This document shows, in pieces, positions 47,844 through 56,569 of a DNA stretch of 64,000 nt. The stretch comes from an uncultured Candidatus Saccharibacteria bacterium. Lineage in GTDB: Bacteria; Patescibacteriota; Minisyncoccia; Phycocordibacterales; JACNGX01. The notes beneath the pieces were generated by a model that searched no databases, had not been told where the DNA came from, and saw only the letters and a program-made list of their open reading frames with translations. Every line of letters starts with the position of its first letter. Within the stretch, counting starts at the first letter, position 1. Both the position numbers and the translations under genes were made by a program. Location: assembly GCA_964621395.1 (NCBI GenBank), contig CAZULS010000002.1, positions 23,306 through 87,305 on the forward strand, written 5' to 3'.

Positions 47844-48131
47844 ATGGTAGACATACATCCTTTTCTCCTAGCCACAATTGTATTACTTCTTGTGGCAGGA
47901 ATGTTGTATTCGTTTGAAAGGACCAGACTCCTTTCTTTTGTTCCGAATATAATTGGCGTTTTCTTTTCTGGCCTTACGGGAGTACATATGTTTAGTGAGG
48001 GTCTCCATGATACGATGGCCCCTCTATTTTTCTTCTCCCCTGTGTTGGTGATAGCCGGGACAGAGTTTCTTCTTGCCTTTCTGTTCAAAAAAGCAAAGAA
48101 GGCATTGACACAAAAACCATGCACTGAGTAA
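47844..48131 (+). CDS. Small membrane protein, hypothetical (95 aa)
   Basis: Hydrophobic helices, similar in style to the preceding ORF. Confidence 0.35.
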   Translation: MVDIHPFLLATIVLLLVAGMLYSFERTRLLSFVPNIIGVFFSGLTGVHMFSEGLHDTMAPLFFFSPVLVIAGTEFLLAFLFKKAKKALTQKPCTE

Positions 48132-48219
48132 AGCATGGTTTTTTTATTTGCATTGATTGTGATTTTCAAGTACAATAGGGCACATATCGTACTGTGAGGT
48201 ACGAATACATTATTGATAA

Positions 48220-48594
48220 TTGTTGCATATATACCATATGGAAGCAGATCAAGCTTTTTTGGAGTTTGTTGTAAAGGCGATTGTTGACAATCCGGACGCT
48301 GTGAAGGTCGATCGTAAGACCGACGACATGGGCGTTCTTCTCACTCTCGATGTCGATCGTGAAGACATGGGTAAGGTAATTGGAAAGAGCGGAAACACCG
48401 CAAAGTCGATTCGTACGCTCCTCCGCGTTGTGGGCATGAAGAATGACGCACGCGTAAACCTTAAGATTGAAGAACCTGTTGGCGGTCTCCGCGACACCGG
48501 TAGCTACGGTGGGGGAGAAGCTCCGGCAGGAGACAGTGCTCCGTCTTCAGCAGCGGCAGATCTCGACGCTGCAATGGACGCACTCAAGGACTAA
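48220..48594 (+). CDS. KH-domain RNA-binding protein (YlqC/UPF0109-like), part of the rpsP-trmD operon
   Basis: KH GXXG loop in VIGKSGNTAKSIRTLL, and the conserved position after rpsP. Confidence 0.75.
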   Translation: MLHIYHMEADQAFLEFVVKAIVDNPDAVKVDRKTDDMGVLLTLDVDREDMGKVIGKSGNTAKSIRTLLRVVGMKNDARVNLKIEEPVGGLRDTGSYGGGEAPAGDSAPSSAAADLDAAMDALKD

Positions 48595-48650
48595 AGCGAC
48601 TAAAAAAGAAAAAAATCCTATAACATTGCCAAGGTAATGTTCGGATATAC

Positions 48651-48726
48651 AAAAAAGTGCCCAAAAGGGCACTTTTTTGCAGCACATAAGAACACACGCG
48701 CAAGCTAAAGCCTGCGCGTGTGTTCT
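48651..48726. terminator. Two consecutive terminator hairpins at the left boundary of the AT-rich island
   Basis: aaaaaagtgcccaaaagggcacttttttgc and gaacacacgcgcaag-ctaaag-cctgcgcgtgtgttc. Confidence 0.6.
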
Positions 48727-48881
48727 TTCAAGTACAAAGAATTATAATTATATAATTCCTGTAAATCACCGGCTTCTAAAGAGTACGGAAAGATGTTATA
48801 ATGTGAAAAATATTGTATTGAGCGTAATATGGAAGCAGACAAAGAGAATACTTTACATCAATACATTCTTAAACTAAGAAT

Positions 48882-49862
48882 ATGGCAAACAAAAATTCAG
48901 CACAAATGATAACGGGGAAATCTTTCGAGTATGCTCTTCTTGTTTCGTTTGAGGATAAGTTAAAGAGTAAAACCAACCTTGAAGTAATTAAGAACTCAGC
49001 TTTTTATGTTGCAAAAAGTTGTTTCGACAGTGTCTCTCCGAGCAAAAGAAGCGAGTATCTTTTATCAGCAAGTTTTGCTGTGAATTTTCTAATGGATATA
49101 GAACCTAGACTCTCAAACGATATGGGCAAAGATGATGTTCTTCAGCTTGAAATTTTATCTGATGATTATGGTAAGACAGGCGATGTTCGTGATGTGCTTG
49201 CTATCAGATTACTTCAGAAATGGGAAATTGGAGTTTCTGCAAAGAATAACCATAAAGCAGTTAAACATCCGCGACTATCTTCAGATATAGATTTTGGTGA
49301 TAAGTGGCTAGGCATTAAGGCGTCAGAAAAATATTTTGATGCAGTGGTGCCCATATTTGACCTTCTTAAGAAGATTAAAAAAGAGAGTGAGGGAAAGAAA
49401 AAATGGAATGAACTAAAAAATTATCACGCAGAGATATACGTACCAATCCTTCAGGCATTTGTAGAGGAGTTGAGAAGTCTTTATAAAAAGAATCCTAAAA
49501 AGGTAGCCTCAAATTTAGTTGCATATCTTGTTGGTAATAGGGATTTCTATAAGGTAATCAAGGGCAAGAACTCTGTAGAAATTCACGCTTATAATTTGAA
49601 CGGGACATTAAATTTACCTTTCAAGGAAATTCAGCCAAAATACAAGACCCCTAAAGTTCCTCTTCCTACGGAGATTACCGATATAGTCTTCAAAACCGAC
49701 AGTGATACAACAGTAATAGTTACTATGAACAATGACTGGACACTATCTTTTAGGATTCATAGTGCAAGTTCTAGAGTCGAACCATCTTTAAAGTTTGATA
49801 TAAATCTATTGAAGTCACCAAAGAAATTATTCAAGAATACACTGAATATCAGTCACGATTAA
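48882..49862 (+). CDS. Putative Type II restriction endonuclease (partner of the adjacent GGCC-type m5C methyltransferase)
   Basis: A 326-aa Lys-rich protein with no recognisable catalytic motif. Its stop is 3 nt before the MTase start, so the two are translationally coupled. Size and context match HaeIII-family REases. The assignment rests on association. Confidence 0.5.
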   Translation: MANKNSAQMITGKSFEYALLVSFEDKLKSKTNLEVIKNSAFYVAKSCFDSVSPSKRSEYLLSASFAVNFLMDIEPRLSNDMGKDDVLQLEILSDDYGKTGDVRDVLAIRLLQKWEIGVSAKNNHKAVKHPRLSSDIDFGDKWLGIKASEKYFDAVVPIFDLLKKIKKESEGKKKWNELKNYHAEIYVPILQAFVEELRSLYKKNPKKVASNLVAYLVGNRDFYKVIKGKNSVEIHAYNLNGTLNLPFKEIQPKYKTPKVPLPTEITDIVFKTDSDTTVIVTMNNDWTLSFRIHSASSRVEPSLKFDINLLKSPKKLFKNTLNISHD

Positions 49863-49864
49863 CT

Positions 49865-50842
49865 ATGAAATTAGTATCTTTGTTTACAGGCGCAGGAGGG
49901 CTTGATCTCGGATTTGAAAAGGTCGGTTTTCAGGTTATTTGGGCAAATGAATTCGATAAATCAATATGGAAGACTTTTGAACATAATTTTCCACATACAA
50001 AATTAGATAAGAAGAGCATCACAGAAGTTCAATCATGTGAAGTACCGGACGCAGACGGGTTTATTGGCGGACCTCCTTGTCAGAGCTGGAGTGAAGCAGG
50101 TGCCGGACGAGGGATAGACGATAAGCGTGGACAACTCTTTCATGATTATATTCGTCTTCTAAAGGATAAACAGCCGAAGTTTTTCCTTGCTGAAAATGTA
50201 TCCGGCATTCTTCATCCCAAACATTCGGAAGCTTTTTCAAATATTATCAAGGAATTTGAGAACGCAGGATATGTTGTGTCTCAAAAATTATTAAATGCGA
50301 ACGATTATGATGTTCCACAGGATAGATTACGTGTCATCATCATTGGATATCACAAGGATCTAGGAAAGAAGTTTGAATTTCCTGAGCCACAAATATATAA
50401 ACCTGTTCTCAGGGACGCTATTTATGACTTGCGCAGAGCGAAGCCGGCCAAAGATAGGAACAAGACAAATGGTGAGAGTTTGGAAATACCGAATCATGAA
50501 TATATGAACGGCGGTTTTTCGACGATTTACATGTCTAGAAATCGTGTGCGAGCTTGGGATGAGCCATCATTTACAATACAGGCAGGTGGTCGTCATGCGC
50601 CAATTCATCCACAGGCCCCGAAAATGAAATTCATCGAACAAAATAAAAGAATCTTTGTCCCTGGGTACGAAGATAAGTATCGTCGGCTGTCTGTTCGAGA
50701 GTGCGCGAGAATCCAGACGTTTCCGGATGATTTTATATTTAAATATAACGATGTTGCGAATGGATATAAAATGATCGGTAACGCTGTGCCAGTTAATTTT
50801 GCGAAGCATATTGCACGGAAGATAATGGATGATTTAGTATAG
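49865..50842 (+). CDS. DNA (cytosine-5)-methyltransferase, M.HaeIII-like
   Basis: Motif I LFTGAGGLDLGF, motif IV GGPPCQSWSEAG, motif VI FLAENV, motif VIII QDRLRVIIIG, motif X GNAVPVNF, in a 325-aa protein with a short target-recognition domain. The overall sequence strongly recalls the HaeIII/NgoPII GGCC group. Confidence 0.9.
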   Translation: MKLVSLFTGAGGLDLGFEKVGFQVIWANEFDKSIWKTFEHNFPHTKLDKKSITEVQSCEVPDADGFIGGPPCQSWSEAGAGRGIDDKRGQLFHDYIRLLKDKQPKFFLAENVSGILHPKHSEAFSNIIKEFENAGYVVSQKLLNANDYDVPQDRLRVIIIGYHKDLGKKFEFPEPQIYKPVLRDAIYDLRRAKPAKDRNKTNGESLEIPNHEYMNGGFSTIYMSRNRVRAWDEPSFTIQAGGRHAPIHPQAPKMKFIEQNKRIFVPGYEDKYRRLSVRECARIQTFPDDFIFKYNDVANGYKMIGNAVPVNFAKHIARKIMDDLV

Positions 50843-50846
50843 AGAT

Positions 50847-52784
50847 ATGAGAATTATAGAACGTATAGAAATCGCCTATTTTCGCTCTTTTCCTGAAAGT
50901 ACGATTATAAAAGATTGCAGGGACTTGAATGTCTTTTCTGGTGCGAATGATTCGGGAAAATCAAATATTCTTAGAGCATTAAATCTCTTTTTTTCGGAAA
51001 CGAAAACAGATTTTTATCAGATGATTGATTTTGAAAAAGATTTTTCTAAAGAGAGAGAGAATGTCGTTACGAAAGACACGGTGAAGGGTAAGAAATTTTT
51101 TCGTATCAGTATCTTGTTTAACAAAAAAGGTCTCGGCATATCCTCAACTGTTCTACCGGATTCGTTTTGGGTTGAGAAGGTTTGGGATAAAGAAGGTTCA
51201 ATGACTTCTAGAAAAACGAAGAATGGTAAACGACAACTTATATATGATGATGGTGCTAGCAAAAGGCAGACAAAGGTAGAGACTGCCACGACGATGTTTT
51301 TGAAAAAAATAGATTTTGCCTATGTCCCAGCGATAAGGGATAAATCTTTTTTTGACTATTTGAAGAAGGAATACCAAGATTCTCTTGGGCGCAAAATTTC
51401 TCGTCTGACTAACATTGCTACAGACGATAAGAGGACCATTGAAGAGTGGCTGAATATTTTAACAGTTGGTGACTTAACTGAGCAACTCGATAAAAAGATA
51501 GATCAGGAGTCAAAGGCTCTTATGAAAAAATTTAAAGAGTATACTCATGAGATAAAAGAGTCCGCCTTTTCTATCCCTAATTTAAAACTTGATTTTTCAC
51601 AAGTCCTTGAGATTGCAACTGAGCAGAATATCTACCTTCCTTTTCGTGGTGATGGGGTTCAGGCGAAATTTATTCCACAGATAATGACGGAGATTACGAA
51701 GAATAAAAAGACCCCAATTGTCATATGGGGCTTTGAAGAACCAGAAAATTCACTGGAATATAGAAATGCCCAACAGTTTGCCGAATTACTTCTCAGTGAG
51801 AGCTTAAAGGAAAAACAAGTGTTCGTTACTAGTCATGCATTTAATTTTATTGCCCTACAAGGTGAAAACGTATCTCAGTATAGAGTCTATAAAGGTGAGA
51901 AAAATGAAACGAATATTACCTCTTTGAACGTAGAACAAAGTTCTATTTTTGAAAAAAGCGATAGAGACCTTTTGTCAGAGGAGTTGGGTGTTTTTGAGTT
52001 AAACAATGAACTGAGGTCAGTCTATAGCCTGAAAATTAATGAGATAAATCTCTTTAAGGAAAAAAAGTCAGAATACGAAAGACTGTTATCTTCCAGACCA
52101 GACAAGATATTTATTTGTGAAGACTCAAAGCCAAACATTGTTTCTTTGTGGGAGAGGTTTTTGGTGGACCTTGATATTCAGGACGTCAAAGTTATGTCAT
52201 CCGAAGGTTCAACACAAAATATTGTCGAATTAGGAATTCTTCATCAGAAAAAGCTTGATCCAGAATATAATCCATCTGTATTTAGGCAAATTGATAGAGA
52301 CGGACTAACTGATGGTCAGATGAAGGCTCTTGAAGAAAAACTCTTTAGGCAATTTAAGAGAGATATAAAGAAATATGAGTATTCTTTTCTTCCTGTTAAC
52401 GAGATTGAGAATTTTGCGGTTATTCAGAAAGAAGATATTTTCAATGGAGATTTTTGGAAAGTAAATCAAAAAAAGATAGAGGATAAATTTATGAGTACAG
52501 TAGAGGGAAGTTCGAAAAAGTTCTCAAAACTATTTGACACAGAAACTGAGAAAAGAGAATGGTTATTATTTCGGGATAAGGGTGGCGGCTTCTCTTCTGT
52601 TTATAAAGGGATGAGAGACTTCGCACAAAAAGACGGGAATAGATTTTTTCCTGGTAAAGATATTTGCAAGGAGATAGATAATTTCTCAGGAATTACTTTT
52701 TTAACTCACCTTGCTCCAGAGACATATTCGGAGGATTTGAAAGAGTATCTTAGTAGTATTAAAAATTTTTTTGAAGAATCATAG
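50847..52784 (+). CDS. ABC-type ATPase (AAA_15/AAA_21-like) fused to a C-terminal Toprim/DUF4435-like nuclease domain; OLD-family / fused PARIS (AriAB)-like / Gabija GajA-like defence protein
   Basis: N-terminal IERIEIAYFRSF and Walker A GANDSGKSN (nt ~50941-50967), Walker B/D-loop IVIWGFEEPENSLE, H-loop VFVTSHA. The C-terminal domain has a conserved Glu in IFICEDSKPN (nt ~52110), DxD in RQIDRDGLTD (nt ~52290), and FLPVNEIENFAV. The start is 4 nt after the MTase stop. Confidence 0.7.
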   Translation: MRIIERIEIAYFRSFPESTIIKDCRDLNVFSGANDSGKSNILRALNLFFSETKTDFYQMIDFEKDFSKERENVVTKDTVKGKKFFRISILFNKKGLGISSTVLPDSFWVEKVWDKEGSMTSRKTKNGKRQLIYDDGASKRQTKVETATTMFLKKIDFAYVPAIRDKSFFDYLKKEYQDSLGRKISRLTNIATDDKRTIEEWLNILTVGDLTEQLDKKIDQESKALMKKFKEYTHEIKESAFSIPNLKLDFSQVLEIATEQNIYLPFRGDGVQAKFIPQIMTEITKNKKTPIVIWGFEEPENSLEYRNAQQFAELLLSESLKEKQVFVTSHAFNFIALQGENVSQYRVYKGEKNETNITSLNVEQSSIFEKSDRDLLSEELGVFELNNELRSVYSLKINEINLFKEKKSEYERLLSSRPDKIFICEDSKPNIVSLWERFLVDLDIQDVKVMSSEGSTQNIVELGILHQKKLDPEYNPSVFRQIDRDGLTDGQMKALEEKLFRQFKRDIKKYEYSFLPVNEIENFAVIQKEDIFNGDFWKVNQKKIEDKFMSTVEGSSKKFSKLFDTETEKREWLLFRDKGGGFSSVYKGMRDFAQKDGNRFFPGKDICKEIDNFSGITFLTHLAPETYSEDLKEYLSSIKNFFEES

Positions 52785-52879
52785 CCAATAATTTATCTCC
52801 TTTCCGATATTTGCATTCTCAGGAAGACCAGATCTTAGAGAGTGCGAATATGAGGAGAGTAGATTCGTAATTCGTAACT

Positions 52880-53548
52880 ATGCATTTTCATGTGATTACA
52901 ATTTTTCCTGAGATGGTGCGGGGGTATGTTGACTCTGCGCTTCTTTTGCGTGCGCAGAAGGAGAAAAAGATTTCCGTGTCGTGTTATGATCCGCGAGATT
53001 TTACGAAAGATAAATGGCGGAAGATTGATGACCGTCCGTATGGGGGCGGGCCTGGTATGGTGATGGAAGCGGAGCCTATTTTGAAGGCGGTGAAGAAGGC
53101 GCGAGGGAAAAAGCTTGTATCATCGAAGACCGGCCAAGGGGAAAAGGTGAAGACGATTATTGTGTCGCCGCGCGGTGAGCAATTTTCAAATGACATGGCG
53201 GAGAAATGGGCGAAGCGCTACGACCATCTCGTGATTATTTCGGGGCGGTATGAGGGGATTGACGCGCGTGTGAAAAAGGCGCTTCGGGCTGAGGAGATTT
53301 CTATGGGGCCGTATGTTCTTACCGGCGGGGAAGTGCCGGCAATGGCGATTATTGATGCGACGGCGCGACGGATTCCGGGAGTTCTTGGAAATGAAGAATC
53401 GCCGGAGGAATACCGAGTAGCTTCGGGGGAGACATACACCCGTCCGGAGGTATTTACCTATGAAGGAAAACAATATCGCGTGCCGAAGGTGCTTCTTTCG
53501 GGGGATCATGGTGCGATAGAGGAGTGGAGACGGAAAAGCTCCAAATAA
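52880..53548 (+). CDS. trmD: tRNA (guanine37-N1)-methyltransferase
   Basis: MHFHVITIFPEM, DDRPYGGGPGMVM, and the SPOUT-knot region ISGRYEGIDARV. Confidence 0.92.
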   Translation: MHFHVITIFPEMVRGYVDSALLLRAQKEKKISVSCYDPRDFTKDKWRKIDDRPYGGGPGMVMEAEPILKAVKKARGKKLVSSKTGQGEKVKTIIVSPRGEQFSNDMAEKWAKRYDHLVIISGRYEGIDARVKKALRAEEISMGPYVLTGGEVPAMAIIDATARRIPGVLGNEESPEEYRVASGETYTRPEVFTYEGKQYRVPKVLLSGDHGAIEEWRRKSSK

Positions 53549-53597
53549 CAATATTCAAATACAAAATAAATCACAATTTCGAAAAAGTAGATGAAAA

Positions 53598-53702
53598 ACT
53601 GGATTCCCGCTCGTGGGCGGGAATGACAAGAACTGCGTTGGGAATGATAAAAAGGTAGGGAAGTACACAGAAGCACGCAGCGGCACCGAAGGTGCCGCCG
53701 CG
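53598..53702. repeat. REP-like hairpin plus recurring terminator hairpin
   Basis: ggattcccgctcgtgggcgggaatgac, and gcggcaccgaaggtgccgcc, the same stem as at 7687, 9205 and 11102. Confidence 0.65.
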
Positions 53703-53830
53703 CGCTTGTTTCTTTGGGTATTGGGATTTCGGTATTATTTGTTATTTGGTGCTTGGAGTTTGTGTTTTGTCCTTCTGTATCCACAGAGGGCTGATTGGTA
53801 CTTCTTTCTTCGGTCGGGTATAATATATCT

Positions 53831-54892
53831 ATGAATTACAAAACAGAACTCGAAGATCTGATCGTGACCGTCATCCGAGAGAATGCATCAGATATTCACT
53901 TTTCCGTGGGGCGCAGGCCGACGATTCGTGTGTCCGGTTCCTTGGTGCCGCTCGCAAAGAAAAATATTCTCACCACCGAAGACACACTCGGCTTTCTTAC
54001 GGAGCTTACCCCCGAAGAGAAGAAAGAAGAATTTCTCCAGACCCAAGAACTCGATTTTTCCTATGAATACGGGCAAGAGGCGCGTTTTAGGTGTAATGCA
54101 TCATTCCAGCGCGGCAGTATTTCCATTGCCATGCGTCTTATCCCGCGCAAGATTCGCACGCTTGAGGAACTCTCTTTGCCGCTTGTCTTGGGCGACTTTG
54201 CCATGAAGCAACAGGGCTTCTTCCTTGTGGTGGGGCCGGTGGGGCAAGGAAAGTCGACCACGCTTGCTGCGATGATTGATCTTGTGAATCACAAACGCAC
54301 AGAACATATTGTGACGATTGAGGATCCGATTGAGTATGTCTACGATCAAGACAAGAGTATTATCGATCAGCGCGAAGTGCGGGTTGATACGAAAGATTTC
54401 TCCACGGCGCTCAGAAGTGCGTTCCGCCAGGATATTGATGTGCTTCTCGTCGGTGAGATGCGCGGAACAGAAACGATGTCCACAGCGGTAACCGCCGCAG
54501 AAACCGGACACCTGGTCTTCTCCACGCTCCACACCAACAATGCCGCACAAACTATCGATCGTATTATCGACTCATTCCCGCCCGAGCAGCAAGATCAGAT
54601 TCGTATTCAGCTTGCCGGTAGCTTGAACGGTATTTTCTCTCAGCGTCTTATTCCGCGCATTTCCGGCGGTATGATTCCGGCGTATGAGCTTCTCATCAAT
54701 AATAAAGCGGTGGCAAATCTTATCCGCGAAGGGCGCACACATGAAATCAATGTGCTTATTGAAACAGGTATGGAACAAGGTATGATTGACATGAATAAGT
54801 CACTCGCTGAGCTTGTCCGTGCAGGGGAGATTCGCCCCGATGATGCCTACACGCATTCGTTTAATCCGCGCGGTCTTGAACGACTCATTTAG
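53831..54892 (+). CDS. pilT: Type IV pilus retraction ATPase PilT
   Basis: Walker A GPVGQGKSTT, Asp box, Walker B DVLLVGEMRG, His box FSTLHTN. The Met at 53831 (MNYKTELEDLI) sits just after a TATAAT at ~53815-53820, so the mRNA is nearly leaderless. Confidence 0.88.
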   Translation: MNYKTELEDLIVTVIRENASDIHFSVGRRPTIRVSGSLVPLAKKNILTTEDTLGFLTELTPEEKKEEFLQTQELDFSYEYGQEARFRCNASFQRGSISIAMRLIPRKIRTLEELSLPLVLGDFAMKQQGFFLVVGPVGQGKSTTLAAMIDLVNHKRTEHIVTIEDPIEYVYDQDKSIIDQREVRVDTKDFSTALRSAFRQDIDVLLVGEMRGTETMSTAVTAAETGHLVFSTLHTNNAAQTIDRIIDSFPPEQQDQIRIQLAGSLNGIFSQRLIPRISGGMIPAYELLINNKAVANLIREGRTHEINVLIETGMEQGMIDMNKSLAELVRAGEIRPDDAYTHSFNPRGLERLI

Positions 54893-54918
54893 GAGCACGT
54901 GAATCCGATATCTCGACT

Positions 54919-56130
54919 ATGTTATTTGCCTATAAAATCATTACCCAAGACGGGGAAGAAAAAGAAGGAACTATTGAAGCAATCAATCGCGAGGTTGCCA
55001 TTTCGTCGTTGCAGCGACGTGGCTTCATTATCGTTGCTTTGAATGAGGCAAGCGGAGGCGGCGGTTCACTTTTGTCGATGGAAATCGACATGTTTCAGCG
55101 TGTGACCAATAAAGAGATTGTGATGGTCTCACGTCAGATTGCGACGCTCTTTGATGCACATGTCTCAGCTCTCCGGGCATTTCGTTTGCTTTCCGCCGAG
55201 GTGGAGAATCCGCTCCTTTCAAGAATTATGGTGGCGGTTGCTGATGATATTCAAGGAGGTGTATCACTTTCCAAGGCACTTTCCAAGCACCCGAAGGCCT
55301 TCTCGGATTTCTATGTGAACATGGTGAAGGCCGGGGAAGAATCGGGTAATTTGAACGAAACCTTCATGTACTTGGCGGATTATTTGGATCGTTCGTATGA
55401 GCTTACCTCAAAGACAAAAAACGCCCTTGTGTATCCGGCATTTGTAATTGCGACATTCTTTGTGGTGATGACGCTCATGCTCACCATGGTGATTCCGCGT
55501 TTGTCGGTGATTTTGACGGAAACCGGTCAGGAGATTCCGGTATACACGAAAATAGTGTTGGCGATCAGTTCATTTTTGACCACATACGGTATTTTCTTCT
55601 TGATTGCACTGATTATCGGCGGATTTTTCCTCTTTCGTTATGCGCAAACGGATGAAGGGTCTCGTGCGCTCTCGCGTTTGAAACTCGAAACGCCATACTT
55701 GGGAAATCTCTACACAAAACTCTACCTCTCTCGTATTGCCGACAATATGAATACGATGCTTTCCTCGGGAATCTCTATGGTGCGTGCGATTGAGATTACG
55801 TCGAGTGTTGTGGGCGATGAAGACTATCGCAAAACACTGCTTGATGTGGCACAAGATGTGAAAGCCGGTTCGGCATTTTCCGCGGCACTCGAGCAGTATC
55901 CGACTATGCCGGGTATTTTGGTGCAGATGGTGCGCGTGGGTGAAGAAACCGGTGAGCTTGGCAATATTTTGAAAACACTTGCTGCCTTTTATAAGCGCGA
56001 AGTAAACAATGCCGTCGACACCTTGGTGGGATTGATTGAGCCGTTTATGATTGTGGTCCTCGGTTTGGGCGTATCCACACTTCTCGCTTCCGTGCTCGTA
56101 CCGATTTACAATATCACTGCGGGGATTTAG
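54919..56130 (+). CDS. pilC: Type IV pilus / type II secretion platform protein (PilC/GspF family)
   Basis: Two GspF-type repeats with three TM helices in a 403-aa protein, typical of PilC. Confidence 0.85.
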   Translation: MLFAYKIITQDGEEKEGTIEAINREVAISSLQRRGFIIVALNEASGGGGSLLSMEIDMFQRVTNKEIVMVSRQIATLFDAHVSALRAFRLLSAEVENPLLSRIMVAVADDIQGGVSLSKALSKHPKAFSDFYVNMVKAGEESGNLNETFMYLADYLDRSYELTSKTKNALVYPAFVIATFFVVMTLMLTMVIPRLSVILTETGQEIPVYTKIVLAISSFLTTYGIFFLIALIIGGFFLFRYAQTDEGSRALSRLKLETPYLGNLYTKLYLSRIADNMNTMLSSGISMVRAIEITSSVVGDEDYRKTLLDVAQDVKAGSAFSAALEQYPTMPGILVQMVRVGEETGELGNILKTLAAFYKREVNNAVDTLVGLIEPFMIVVLGLGVSTLLASVLVPIYNITAGI

Positions 56131-56194
56131 GTTAGCTTATAGCTTTTGGCTTGTAGCTTATAGAAAGCGGTTGTTTGGATGTAGTGAGGAAATA

Positions 56195-56250
56195 GGGAAG
56201 TTGTTAGTTTTTAGTTGGTAGTTATTAGACAGGCGCGCTGACGCGCGCCT
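56195..56250. repeat. Composite intergenic repeat module, copy 4
   Basis: gggaagttgttagtttttagttggtagttattag followed by ggcgcgctgacgcgcgcc. It is flanked by agcttatagcttttggcttgtagctta word repeats, also seen at ~34840. Confidence 0.7.
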
Positions 56251-56293
56251 TCTCTATAAGCTATCAGCTAAAAGCTCTAAGCTAATGTTGGTA

Positions 56294-56322
56294 TTGACAA
56301 AAATAGGCATATAGATTATACT
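56294..56322 (+). promoter_or_regulatory. Sigma70-type promoter for rpoB: TTGACA-17 nt-TATACT, followed by a ~250-nt structured leader
   Basis: TTGACA at 56294-56299 and TATACT at 56317-56322. The leader holds the nested hairpins cattccga...tcggaatg and gcaagatatcttgc. Confidence 0.6.
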
Positions 56323-56569
56323 CTCCATACTACTAAGATTGAGTCATGAAAGCGTAGTGCATTATTTATTCTCCCTCCATTTAATGCATACGACTGCCGA
56401 ATAATTGTATCCATTCCGAAGAAGCAAGATATCTTGCTCTCTTTTTGTGTTGTATATCGGAATGAGGCATTATGAGCACTGTGCTGGAGGAGTTTGTTAT
56501 AAGCTTATTTAATAGTCTTTTCGAGGGTGGAGCGCGGGAGGAGGCGTTCTATCATCGTGATAGTTTGTT

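Larger units (their letters stand above)
48740..52860. mobile_element. AT-rich horizontally acquired defence island inserted between the KH protein gene and trmD (no integrase or transposase seen)
   Basis: Base composition drops sharply to long A/T runs relative to the ~50% GC flanks. The three tightly packed genes interrupt the otherwise conserved rpsP-KH-(rimM)-trmD arrangement. Confidence 0.6.

Noticed and set aside
48882-52784. Integrase/transposase or TA module in the island
   Set aside because: All three ORFs are accounted for as REase candidate, MTase and ATPase-nuclease. No recombinase motifs or small toxin-antitoxin pair were seen.
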